Below are positions 1 to 8,712 of a DNA stretch of 58,702 nucleotides, one piece after another (position 1 is the stretch's first letter; each line of letters opens with the position of its first letter). The translations under genes and the position numbers were made by a program. The stretch covers positions 1 to 58,702 of the forward strand of contig JAFWDK010000011.1 in the NCBI GenBank assembly GCA_017513085.1, written 5' to 3'. The stretch comes from Clostridiales bacterium. Its GTDB lineage: Bacteria; Bacillota; Clostridia; Saccharofermentanales; Saccharofermentanaceae. The notes below the pieces were generated by a model. It had not been told where the DNA came from and searched no databases. It saw only the letters and a list, made by a program, of their open reading frames with translations.

Positions 1-193
1 AAACCAGATTGCGAAGCTCTTCCCATTCATCGTCTGTCAGCTCTGACATTGAACCGCAGTGACGCTTCAAGACCAAAATACATCGTCCAATATAATCCTG
101 TTCATCTGAAAGGAAAACAGACCACGATTTACTTTCGTATAACTGAAACTGTTTTTCTTCTTCAGACAGGTTGCACCAATCACAATTCCCCAT
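1..193 (-). CDS. HIT-family protein, N-terminal part (runs off the window edge)
   Basis: Not in the ORF track. Read manually: AGGTG RBS, ATG at 193, MGNCDWCNLSEEEKQFQLYESKSWSVFLSDEQDYIGRCILVLKRHCGSMSELTDDEWEELRNLV. N-terminal CxxC and the GR..LV..KRH..s.seL pattern are typical of HIT proteins. The HxHxH triad would lie outside the window. Confidence 0.75.
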   Translation of the reverse strand, partial: MGNCDWCNLSEEEKQFQLYESKSWSVFLSDEQDYIGRCILVLKRHCGSMSELTDDEWEELRNLV

Positions 194-281
194 TCTTTTC
201 ACCTACAAATTTCGATTTTTCAAGCTACGTTTAATTAAAGATTTAGTTATCTATACTGCTGATTTTCCGGACTAACCTCTG

Positions 282-692
282 TTATTGATCCTTTTCTTCA
301 AATGGTTTATTCCATGAACCTATCTCGATAAGATTGCCTTCGGGATCCGCAATATAACATGTTCTCTGTCCCCATGGTTCTGTGGTCGGCGCAAGAACAG
401 ACGTTGCTCCCTGCTTGATAACACGCTCATAGGTAGCATCCACTTCATCGAAAGTATCAACATATAGCGCAAGTTCAAAATGGCCGTTCAAGCCTTTCAC
501 ATAATCATACTTACGGCTGGTCATGTTCTCAAAATCCTTGCGGCCATAAAGCAGAAAAAGCGTTCCATCCTTTATGAGATACACATTTGATGTATCCTCA
601 GTTTCTTTAATCTCAAAGCCGAGAACATCTCGGTAGAACCTGATCATTGACGCCATGTTTTCAACCAATAAACCAAAACCGTCTAGTCTCAT
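282..692 (-). CDS. VOC/glyoxalase-bleomycin resistance family protein
   Basis: FYRDVLGF and EPWGQRTCYIADPEGNLIEI motifs; AGGAG RBS upstream. Confidence 0.9.
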   Translation of the reverse strand: MRLDGFGLLVENMASMIRFYRDVLGFEIKETEDTSNVYLIKDGTLFLLYGRKDFENMTSRKYDYVKGLNGHFELALYVDTFDEVDATYERVIKQGATSVLAPTTEPWGQRTCYIADPEGNLIEIGSWNKPFEEKDQ

Positions 693-762
693 ATTTTTTC
701 TCCTTTTAGGTTCTTTTCCTTATGTTTCTATAGTCATATCATATATTTTATCAAAGAAGAAG

Positions 763-1767
763 TTACTTTATAGCTTTCACCACTTCGATATCAGCAGGAA
801 GCCAGTTCACTGAATCCAGTTCCTCGAAAGAGAGCCACTTCGCCGCTTCATGTTCCAGAAGTTTCATCTTCGAACCTCTTGCCAGTTCTGCCCAGAAGCA
901 GTCCATGGAAAGATGAAATTCCGGATAGTCATATTCCACCGTCATAAGAAGATCACCAACAGCGATTTCCGCATCCAATTCTTCCCGGATCTCCCTTCGG
1001 AGCGCTTCCTGCGGAGTTTCTCCTGCTTCGATTTTTCCTCCGGGGAATTCCCACCCGTCTTTAAAAGCACCGTACCCGCGTTGTGTCGCGAAGATCCGGT
1101 CTCCATCGCGGATAATGGCAGCGACGACACGTACCGTTTTCTTTCTGTTTTCCAAAAGCCAGGAAAAAGCTTTTGCCGTACGGATATCCGGCTCTTTGAA
1201 ATGGTTTCCCTCATTCCATTCAAGCACACAGCGGATGCCACGATCTTTTAGCAAATCATAAGTCTCACGGATCCTCTCCCCCACAGTTGCCATCACCGGA
1301 TTACGTGTCTTTTCTTCTTTGTCACCGAGACTGAGATACACTGAATACACCCGCATCTTCTTCTCTTTCATGTAATCAAGAAATCCCGGAAACCATACCG
1401 ATGGAGAAGCTGCGGCGACCCCGCTGAACCGGTCTGTCCGGAATGCGGCCCATAGCGCAAAAAGTCCGGCCAGTGAATATCCGCCGATATAGTAGGTTTT
1501 CCCTTCATCAGAACAGAGAGCAAGTATTTTCCTAAGGGTCTCTTCGGCACCATCTCCGAAGTCTTCTTTCCCGAAAACGGCAGGTGCTTTCCACGGAGAA
1601 AGATCCTTATTCCAGTCTTCGACCTGACAGGCAATCAGAAAGAAGTCTCTCCCACAGCTTTCGGCTATGACAGAAACCTCATTCTCTATTCCTTCCAGAT
1701 CGTGATCATCGACCGGCTGGATCAATACTATGTCCGCATTCGGATTTCCAAATTTATATAGTTTCAT
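763..1767 (-). CDS. Fusion of an alpha/beta-hydrolase (esterase) and a C-terminal MutT-like Nudix hydrolase
   Basis: GYSLAG nucleophile elbow and WNEGNHF in the first ~205 aa. Nudix box GGKIEAGETPQEALRREIREEL in the C-terminal ~130 aa. Confidence 0.85.
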   Translation of the reverse strand: MKLYKFGNPNADIVLIQPVDDHDLEGIENEVSVIAESCGRDFFLIACQVEDWNKDLSPWKAPAVFGKEDFGDGAEETLRKILALCSDEGKTYYIGGYSLAGLFALWAAFRTDRFSGVAAASPSVWFPGFLDYMKEKKMRVYSVYLSLGDKEEKTRNPVMATVGERIRETYDLLKDRGIRCVLEWNEGNHFKEPDIRTAKAFSWLLENRKKTVRVVAAIIRDGDRIFATQRGYGAFKDGWEFPGGKIEAGETPQEALRREIREELDAEIAVGDLLMTVEYDYPEFHLSMDCFWAELARGSKMKLLEHEAAKWLSFEELDSVNWLPADIEVVKAIK

Positions 1768-1776
1768 CGTACGACA

Positions 1777-2718
1777 TCAGGCTGGGTTGAACTTTTCCTT
1801 AGGCTGCTTGCATCTCGGGCATCTCCAGTCATCAGGAAGATCCTCGAATGCGACTCCGTCGTGTTCTTCTGGATCGTAGACATATCCGCAGATGGAGCAT
1901 ATATATTTTCCGGTTGCTTCTTTCTTCTCGAAATCAAACTCTTCGAAAATCGTCTCCACAGGATTATCAAGATCGATCACCCGGTTGGCCTCGAGATTCT
2001 CATATCCCTGAGGAGTATGCGTTCCCATATACACCGTCGGATGATTTCTGACAAAATCTCTTACGCGGTCCATGGTTTCACGTGCCGCAGGGAGATCATC
2101 AAATACAACGGAAAGCTTGTTCTCATACAATGCTTCATCGACATAAGTAATATCGCCCTGGAACATATAGAACAAACCGTCTTTTTCGGCAACTACGAGG
2201 CTGTTTCCGTTCGTATGGCCCTTCGCCTTAATGAGATACACTCCGTCAACGATTTTCTGGCTGTCCGGGAAGTTATAGTATGCACCGTCAGTAAACGTAA
2301 CCGGGGTGATATTGTTTATTCCCTGAAGCTCCGCAGCGGACAGTTCATCCGCATTGGCATATATCTTTGCATTTGGAAATGATTTTAATTCTCCGGAATG
2401 ATCTGCGTGCTTATGGGTAAGAAGGATCTTTGTCACCTGCTCTGTCTTATATCCCAAAGCCGCCAATGCTTCCATATAACTGCAGATGTCTTTTCCGGTA
2501 TAGGCAATACTGTTTTCATCCGGATTCTCCTCAGGAGTTCCTGCTGGAAGTCCTGTATCCACAAGGATCACGTCATCCCCTGTATCGATCAGATAGTTCT
2601 GAAGACTTCCTCTATATCGGATATTCTTATCGTATTTCTCAGGTCCTTCTTCTCCACCAAAAGCAAAAGGCTGTGTATAGAATCCGTGCTCTCTGAATTT
2701 AATTGCTTTAATGATCAT
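1777..2718 (-). CDS. MBL-fold metallo-hydrolase with C-terminal rubredoxin domain
   Basis: THKHADH, GHT, GD and THT MBL motifs; C-terminal [12 protein letters not shown]...[10 protein letters not shown]. Start reassigned to ATG 2718 (GGAGG RBS). Confidence 0.88.
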   Translation of the reverse strand: MIIKAIKFREHGFYTQPFAFGGEEGPEKYDKNIRYRGSLQNYLIDTGDDVILVDTGLPAGTPEENPDENSIAYTGKDICSYMEALAALGYKTEQVTKILLTHKHADHSGELKSFPNAKIYANADELSAAELQGINNITPVTFTDGAYYNFPDSQKIVDGVYLIKAKGHTNGNSLVVAEKDGLFYMFQGDITYVDEALYENKLSVVFDDLPAARETMDRVRDFVRNHPTVYMGTHTPQGYENLEANRVIDLDNPVETIFEEFDFEKKEATGKYICSICGYVYDPEEHDGVAFEDLPDDWRCPRCKQPKEKFNPA

Positions 2719-2858
2719 TTTGCCCTCCATACATCTGTATAATCCGATAAATTTCCGGGACATTAGTCCAGGATGTTTCTATTATATCATGTATGTTTGA
2801 CAACCTTTCAGCTTAATCCTGATTTCTCATCCTTCTCAGACTAATACCAAATCACCTC

Positions 2859-2889
2859 TTGACTTGGAGTTAACTCCAAGTTGTAGAAT
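2859..2889 (+). promoter_or_regulatory. MerR-type promoter with 19-bp spacer and perfect 20-bp operator palindrome
   Basis: TTGACT (2859-2864), 19 bp, TAGAAT (2884-2889). Palindrome ACTTGGAGTTAACTCCAAGT at 2862-2881. This is the hallmark MerR/AdhR/NmlR architecture. Confidence 0.9.
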
Positions 2890-2930
2890 AAACATATCAA
2901 CTGATGGATCGGACGATCAGGAGGATGCAT

Positions 2931-3332
2931 ATGACCATTAAAGAAGTCTGTGAAAAGTACGATATTACAGCTGATACCCTTCGCTACTACGAGCGTGTCG
3001 GGGTGATCCCGGAAGTGACAAGAACACCGGGCGGAATACGGGATTATCAGGAGACGGATATCGCCTGGGTCGAAAATGCGATCTGTTTTCGCGATGCCGG
3101 AATGCCTGTCGAAATGCTTATTGAATATGTGAAGCTCTATCAGGAAGGAGACTCAACGATCGATGCCCGGACCAATCTTCTGAAAGAAGCACGCGAAGCC
3201 ATTCTCGAAGCCAGAAAGAAATACGATATCGCTCTGGAAAAACTGGACTATAAGATCGGCAGATACGAGATCGCCCAGAAGACCGGTGTTCTCACCTGGA
3301 CATGTGACGAAGATGATAAAAAGAAAGGTTGA
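2931..3332 (+). CDS. MerR-family transcriptional regulator (AdhR/NmlR-like)
   Basis: MTIKEV...TLRYYERVG...GIRDY helix-turn-helix; single Cys in AICFRDAG; GGAGG RBS before ATG 2931. Confidence 0.9.
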   Translation: MTIKEVCEKYDITADTLRYYERVGVIPEVTRTPGGIRDYQETDIAWVENAICFRDAGMPVEMLIEYVKLYQEGDSTIDARTNLLKEAREAILEARKKYDIALEKLDYKIGRYEIAQKTGVLTWTCDEDDKKKG

Positions 3333-3338
3333 TCAAAA

Positions 3339-3911
3339 ATGAAGAATAAACTACTGATCCTGCTTTTATCTTCTGCAATCTGTATGAGTGGATGTGCAGG
3401 GAAAACGGAAACGACAGGGACAAGTGCTTTTACGGAAGCATCGGCGGAGAACACGACGATAGCCACCGAAGCAACAACTTCGGAAGACACCTCAATGGAA
3501 ACTGCCGCATCTTCCGAAACGGAAACAACCGTATCAGAAACCACAGCGGAAACAGCAAAGGAGAAAACCATGGTACTGAAAATCGGAGATACTAAAGTTC
3601 CCGTAACCTGGGAAGATAATGATTCCGTTTCTGATCTAAAAGCACTTGCGAAGGATAGCCTTACCATCGAGATGTCGATGTATGGCGGATTTGAGCAGGT
3701 CGGTCCGATCGGGCAAAGCATCACAAGGAATGATTCCCAGACCACTACTTCATCCGGGGATACCGTTCTTTATTCGGGAGACCAGATCGTCATTTTCTAC
3801 GGTTCCAATTCCTGGTCCTATACCCGTCTTGGCAGGATCGATCTGTCCGAAGACGAGATGACGGAGCTTCTTTCCAACGGCGATGTGACCATCACGCTCA
3901 GCATGGAGTGA
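3339..3911 (+). CDS. Lipoprotein with S/T/E-rich linker and cyclophilin-like fold domain
   Basis: Lipobox MSGC; low-complexity T/E linker; C-terminal MSMYGGFEQVG...GD.VLY.G..IVIFYG.NSWSYTRLG. Confidence 0.75.
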   Translation: MKNKLLILLLSSAICMSGCAGKTETTGTSAFTEASAENTTIATEATTSEDTSMETAASSETETTVSETTAETAKEKTMVLKIGDTKVPVTWEDNDSVSDLKALAKDSLTIEMSMYGGFEQVGPIGQSITRNDSQTTTSSGDTVLYSGDQIVIFYGSNSWSYTRLGRIDLSEDEMTELLSNGDVTITLSME

Positions 3912-4045
3912 ACGAAGACGTAATCACGTCCATCCAAAAGTGATTTTTGCGGCAAACTCGCTCATATGGCACAAAGCCTGATATATCAATATTTGTAACA
4001 ATGTTAAACATAACAAAACAAAGCAAAATGCAAGGAGGAAAAGCA

Positions 4046-5212
4046 ATGTTAGGTAATTTCAGCTACAAGAACGCAACCAAACTCTATTTCGGAGATGACT
4101 CTCTTTCGTATCTGAATGAAGAGCTTCCGAAGTATGGAAAGAACATCCAGCTCATCTATGGCGGCGGTTCCATCAAGAGAAACGGGATCTACGATCAGAT
4201 CGTGAAGATCCTGAAAGACAACGGGAAGAACATCATCGAGGACGCAGGTGTCATGCCGAACCCGACTATCGAGAAACTTCGCGAAGGAGTAAAGATTGCA
4301 CGTGACAATAGTGTGGATCTCCTTCTGGCCGTGGGTGGCGGTTCCTGCTGCGACTATGCCAAGGCCGTATCCGTCTCCGTGCACTGCAACGAAGATCCAT
4401 GGGACAAATACTACATCCGGTTCGAAGAGCCCACAAGCGAGATCGTTCCTGTCGGCTGCATCCTGACCATGGCCGGAACCGGATCCGAAATGAATGCCGG
4501 ATCTGTCATCACCAACCACGAACAGAAACTGAAGATTGGTCATGTTTTCGGCGAAGAAGTGATGCCAAAGTTCTCGATCCTGAATCCTAAGTTCACCTTC
4601 TCTCTTCCGAAGCGCCAGATGGTGGCAGGTATCTACGATATCTTTAACCACATCTGCGAACAGTACTTTTCCGGCGAAGACGACAACACCAGCGACTATC
4701 TCGCGGAAGCCCTCATGAAGTCTCTGATACACAGTTCTCTCATCGCCATCGAGAATCCGGAAGACTACGAAGCAAGATCCAACATCATGTGGACAGCCAC
4801 TTGGGCATTAAACACATTGATCTCCCGTGGCAAAAGCACTGACTGGATGGTGCACATGATCGGCCAGTCCGTCGGCGCGTACACAGACGCCACGCACGGC
4901 ATGACCCTTGCCGCCGTCTCCCTCCCCTACTACCGCTACATCCTCCCTTACGGTGTCAAGAAATTTAAGAGATTCGCCGAGGAAGTATGGAATGTTTCTG
5001 CTGAAGGAAAGACCGACGAGCAGGTGGCATTGGAAGGCCTTTCAGCTATGGAAGACTGGATGAAGAAGATCGGTGTTTCGCTCAACATCTCTGAGCTTGG
5101 GGCAACCGAGGACATGATCGATGGCATCACGGAAGGAACCATCATCCTCGAAGGCGGCTACAAAGTCCTTTCCAAAGACGAGGTCCGCGAGATCCTGAAG
5201 CAGTCGCTCTGA
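4046..5212 (+). CDS. Iron-containing alcohol dehydrogenase (BdhA/YqhD-like)
   Basis: GGGSIK, AVGGGS..D, GTGSE and His ligands (HICEQY, HMIG, HG). AAGGAGG RBS before ATG 4046. Confidence 0.92.
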   Translation: MLGNFSYKNATKLYFGDDSLSYLNEELPKYGKNIQLIYGGGSIKRNGIYDQIVKILKDNGKNIIEDAGVMPNPTIEKLREGVKIARDNSVDLLLAVGGGSCCDYAKAVSVSVHCNEDPWDKYYIRFEEPTSEIVPVGCILTMAGTGSEMNAGSVITNHEQKLKIGHVFGEEVMPKFSILNPKFTFSLPKRQMVAGIYDIFNHICEQYFSGEDDNTSDYLAEALMKSLIHSSLIAIENPEDYEARSNIMWTATWALNTLISRGKSTDWMVHMIGQSVGAYTDATHGMTLAAVSLPYYRYILPYGVKKFKRFAEEVWNVSAEGKTDEQVALEGLSAMEDWMKKIGVSLNISELGATEDMIDGITEGTIILEGGYKVLSKDEVREILKQSL

Positions 5213-5248
5213 TCTCATACGATATCGTCACGATAGTGTTACTCACAT

Positions 5249-5284
5249 AAAACCTTGGAATCAACGATGGTTCCAAGGTTTTTT
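5249..5284 (+). terminator. Intrinsic terminator
   Basis: AAAACCTTGGAA / TTCCAAGGTTTT stem followed by a T-run. Confidence 0.85.
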
Positions 5285-5321
5285 CATATGAAGATAATCC
5301 CCGGAATCTTTTTCGAATAAT

Positions 5322-5340
5322 TAGTTGACTTTTGCAACTA
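5322..5340. promoter_or_regulatory. Probable MarR operator
   Basis: TAGTTG-N7-CAACTA inverted repeat containing TTGACT, directly upstream of the marR gene. Confidence 0.6.
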
Positions 5341-5396
5341 TTGCGTTTATCATCTATTCAAGTGAGGCAAATCGACAAAGAAAAAGGAGATACAAA

Positions 5397-5837
5397 ATGG
5401 ACAAAGTAAAACAGTTTCGTGAGTTGACCCGTGAACTGGAATGCCATCTGGAAAACATAAACCGCAGTGACTGCTGCCAATGCAGTGTAAACGAGTCCCA
5501 GTGCTTTTTGGTCGTAGAAATCGGACGGAACCCCGGTATATGCATCAAGGATCTGGCCAAGCAACTCCACCTCGATAAGAGCGGCATCAGCCGGAGTATC
5601 GAAGAACTTGTCCAGAAAGGCTATCTCGTAAGAGAGCCCTCGAAAAACGATCGGCGCTGTGTGGTATTGACTCTGACCGATGCGGGACAGTCAAGGTTTG
5701 AAAAGATCGAAAACGACATGAATGCAGCTTTTAAAAAGGTCTTCTCACGAATGAGCAAGACGGAGCAGGAGAAAGTCCTGGAAGCGCTGAAGATCTATAA
5801 CGAAGCCTGCCGGAAGGAAGAAGAAAACGATGATTAA
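5397..5837 (+). CDS. MarR-family regulator with N-terminal Cys cluster
   Basis: Winged helix-turn-helix LHLDKSGISRSIEELVQKGYL...DRR; DCCQCSVNESQC; AAGGAG RBS before ATG 5397. Confidence 0.88.
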   Translation: MDKVKQFRELTRELECHLENINRSDCCQCSVNESQCFLVVEIGRNPGICIKDLAKQLHLDKSGISRSIEELVQKGYLVREPSKNDRRCVVLTLTDAGQSRFEKIENDMNAAFKKVFSRMSKTEQEKVLEALKIYNEACRKEEENDD

Positions 5838-6339
5838 CATACGTAATGCAAAGTTAGAAGATGCTCAGAGACTGGTGGAAATCTACTCCTACTATGTCCT
5901 CAATACCGCAGTCTCTTTTGAATATGAAGTCCCGACTGTTGCCGAGTTTCAGGAGCGCATGAAAAAGGTCATGGAAAAATACCCGTATCTGGTTGCGGAA
6001 GAGGACGGTCAGATCGTCGGCTATGCTTACTCTAGCCCGTATAGCTGCCGCGAAGCTTATGCCTGGTCGGTGGCCAACTCCATCTATCTGGACAAGGATC
6101 ACCGCAGAAAGGGCATCGGCTCTCTTCTCTATCAGGAGCTCGAAAGGCACTTGAAAGAGAATGGCATCATAAACCTATTGGCCGGCGTTGCTTTTAGCGA
6201 AGAAGAGGACGAATACCTGACGCACGGAAGCTTCAACTTCCACACACGCATGGGCTACGAGAAAGTAGCCCACATGAAGGATATCGGCAAAAAATTCGAT
6301 CGCTGGTATGACCTTTTGTGGCTGCAAAAGAAAATCTGA
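5830..6339 (+). CDS. GNAT N-acetyltransferase, phosphinothricin acetyltransferase (Pat/YncA)-like
   Basis: IYSYYVLNTAVSFE, SIYL...RRKGIG and GKKFDRWYD motifs; overlaps the marR stop. Confidence 0.88.
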   Translation: MINIRNAKLEDAQRLVEIYSYYVLNTAVSFEYEVPTVAEFQERMKKVMEKYPYLVAEEDGQIVGYAYSSPYSCREAYAWSVANSIYLDKDHRRKGIGSLLYQELERHLKENGIINLLAGVAFSEEEDEYLTHGSFNFHTRMGYEKVAHMKDIGKKFDRWYDLLWLQKKI

Positions 6340-6349
6340 AAAGTCAATA

Positions 6350-6386
6350 AAGTGGTCAATGTAAGTACCCTTTACATTGACCACTT
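6350..6386. terminator. Hairpin between convergent genes (probable terminator)
   Basis: 15-bp perfect stem AAGTGGTCAATGTAA / TTACATTGACCACTT. Confidence 0.75.
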
Positions 6387-6425
6387 CATGGTTTTTTACG
6401 TATAGCGCATTATATGACGTGTTAC

Positions 6426-7106
6426 TTACATCGCATTCACGTTCTGGATATACATCTCTTTCGGGATCATCGGCACTTCCAAAGAAGCGATGGTCTCAGG
6501 CGAAAGAGTCAGTGTTCGCGCATACTCTTCGCCGGCAGCTTCGAAGCGGGCCAGGAGCGGATCAGCAACAGGTGCGGCGGCTGGAATATTCAGCATCGGT
6601 GTTTCCGGTACGCATACGATATCGTGACCCGGGAAGCAGTGTTTGCACATCTCTTTTAATCCGTCGAAGTTTCCTTCCCAATCCGGGAACCCACAGCCGC
6701 AGATAACTAGTGTATGGAGTTTGGAAAAATCAGCCAGCGCTTCGTGACGGACAGTACCGTCTTTTTCTTCTACCATGTTCATCTTTACAAGCGGGATCGT
6801 ACGGTCCAGTACGGCCTTCAGATGAGACGGCATCGCGTAGCAGTAAAGCGGGAAACTCCAGATCACCACGTCTGCTTTTACATAGAGATCCAGAATCGCA
6901 TTCTGATCATCCGGGATCACACAGTGACCATCCAGTGTCTGCCAGCAGCCGAAGCATCCCTGACACGGAGCGATGTTCTTCTCGATGACATTGATCACAT
7001 CGACTTCGTGATTCTGCTCTTTGTTTAATCCCTTGAGAAATGCTTCCGTCAGACGGAAGGTATCGCTCTTCTTTTTCGGGCTTCCGTTCAATACCAAAAT
7101 TCTCAT
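6426..7106 (-). CDS. Flavodoxin-fold iron-sulfur flavoprotein (NADPH-dependent FMN reductase family)
   Basis: ILVLNGSPK...T FMN-binding start; CQGCFGCW...C cluster motif; PLYCYAMP. Confidence 0.85.
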   Translation of the reverse strand: MRILVLNGSPKKKSDTFRLTEAFLKGLNKEQNHEVDVINVIEKNIAPCQGCFGCWQTLDGHCVIPDDQNAILDLYVKADVVIWSFPLYCYAMPSHLKAVLDRTIPLVKMNMVEEKDGTVRHEALADFSKLHTLVICGCGFPDWEGNFDGLKEMCKHCFPGHDIVCVPETPMLNIPAAAPVADPLLARFEAAGEEYARTLTLSPETIASLEVPMIPKEMYIQNVNAM

Positions 7107-7322
7107 AATTCCGTGCTCCTTGTTTTTGTTTTATCTTGCTGACACTTTTTGCAGCACCAGCTCCCTATAACCATTAAAATGCATAAATCGCGTTTTGATA
7201 ACCCCCATTAAATTATCTTGTTTTTCGCCGATTAACGACCTGCATATTTTTTCTCAACTTCTTTTCAAGTATAATTGTCGTAGGTGAATGATCGAAAAGC
7301 ACCTGCGATAAGGAGTATCGTT

Positions 7323-8003
7323 ATGAGAAAACTTCTATCTTTATTTCTTGCACTGATGGTATTTGCCACGTCAGGATGTTCTATTATGGATCTTTCAAAG
7401 AGAAATTCAAAAGATGACCATCCATACGGCTACAAGACCGGGAAAGACTATGCCGAAGTCTGGTGCGGACCTTGCAAACAACTTGACCATTTTACGGTTA
7501 CCGAGGATGATGATGGTTCCCGAGTGGAAGCGTATATCATGGAAGACAAAGAGTATGGGTTCACTTATCAGGTCGAAGCCTATTACACGAAAGTCTCCTC
7601 ATATGAACCGCAAGCCAATTATCTGAGCGAAGATTTCGACTACCAGTATTTGAAGGTTTTCCTGGATGAGACGGACTTTTCTAAACTGATAGATAAATAT
7701 GAACTCAATATTGTGTTGGAAGAGCCCCAACCTGCAAATACCGAAGGGCTTTATATGTTCTATAACCCGACGATCAATTTCTATACAGATCAGCAATTGT
7801 CTGAAGATGAAAATGCTGAGATCATGCAATTTGCTTATGATTCTTTACAAGATTTTGATGCCAAGCGCAAGCATTTCACAAGAAACGATTCATGCTCAAG
7901 CGTCTTCCTCCATATATATTGCAAGCCTTCTGAAAAAGAAGCAGCAACGGGCAAAGTATATGGTGGCGCTAGCGGCAGATATGGATTCAAACGCAATGGT
8001 TAG
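7323..8003 (+). CDS. Hypothetical lipoprotein
   Basis: AAGGAG RBS; signal peptide MRKLLSLFLALMVFATSGC with lipobox; no family recognised. Confidence 0.7.
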   Translation: MRKLLSLFLALMVFATSGCSIMDLSKRNSKDDHPYGYKTGKDYAEVWCGPCKQLDHFTVTEDDDGSRVEAYIMEDKEYGFTYQVEAYYTKVSSYEPQANYLSEDFDYQYLKVFLDETDFSKLIDKYELNIVLEEPQPANTEGLYMFYNPTINFYTDQQLSEDENAEIMQFAYDSLQDFDAKRKHFTRNDSCSSVFLHIYCKPSEKEAATGKVYGGASGRYGFKRNG

Positions 8004-8053
8004 GACTTGCGCCATGACATGAAGCTTATTCGCAAACGACTTAAGGAGTCCAA

Positions 8054-8614
8054 ATGACAGACGAACTGTTTTCTAATTATCGTGAGCTTTTTTCCGACAA
8101 ATTATTGCTCCGTCGGATCACGATGCAGGATCTGGATGATGTGTTCGAGATCTACTCAAATAAAGAGGTCATGCTCTATTTTGCGGACCGTTTTCCTTTC
8201 GAGAAAAGCACTGAAGCGGAAACCATGATCCGTGAATACGAGGAAGCGCTCACTAACCATTGGAGCATGCGCTGGGGCATCGTCCTGAAAGAAAGCGGAA
8301 AACTCATCGGCACATGTGGATTTCATGCTCTGTCTGAGTACGATAAACGTATCGAGGTCGGCTACGATCTGAACCGTGACTACTGGCAGAAAGGGATCAT
8401 GACAGAAGCGCTTTCACTGATCATCGATCACGCATTCCAATGCTCGGATTTAAACCGCATCGAAGCAATGGTCGAACCGCCGAACACCGGTTCCCGAGCT
8501 CTTCTTGAAAAGCTTGGATTCCAGTATGAAGGCACCCTCCGGAAACACGAGATGTGCCGCGGCGATTTCGTAGATATACAGATGTTCAGTATATTACGAG
8601 AAGACTTGAAATAA
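8054..8614 (+). CDS. GNAT acetyltransferase, RimJ/RimL family
   Basis: LLLRRIT..D, LIGTCG, EVGYDL...YWQKGIMTEAL and N..SR.LLEKLGF..EG motifs. Confidence 0.88.
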   Translation: MTDELFSNYRELFSDKLLLRRITMQDLDDVFEIYSNKEVMLYFADRFPFEKSTEAETMIREYEEALTNHWSMRWGIVLKESGKLIGTCGFHALSEYDKRIEVGYDLNRDYWQKGIMTEALSLIIDHAFQCSDLNRIEAMVEPPNTGSRALLEKLGFQYEGTLRKHEMCRGDFVDIQMFSILREDLK

Positions 8615-8624
8615 GAAGGCACAT

Positions 8625-8703
8625 ATGGCATCGAGTAAAGAATACCTGGATTTTATTTGAAGCCATGTATCCGGAGCTCCCGGCACCGAAGAAAAAGAAA
8701 TGA
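8625..8703 (+). pseudogene. Internally deleted remnant of a small TfoX_N-like gene
   Basis: ATG 8625 reads MASSKEYLDFI then stop. A different frame from 8656 reads FEAMYPELPAPKKKK then stop at 8703. As I recall them, these match the N- and C-termini of ~105-aa clostridial TfoX/Sxy-family proteins; the middle is missing. Confidence 0.65.
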
Positions 8704-8712
8704 GCGGCTATA

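Noticed and set aside
49-234. 61-aa plus-strand ORF from the track
   Set aside because: It is antisense to the better-supported HIT-family gene starting at 193 on the minus strand.
5322-5340. TAGTTG...CAACTA as a fourth copy of the AGTTAGC box
   Set aside because: The inner sequence and spacing differ. It is better explained as the adjacent MarR operator.
1-8700. AT-richer patches and accessory-looking genes suggesting a mobile island
   Set aside because: No integrase, transposase, att site or terminal repeats are visible, so a mobile element call is unsupported.
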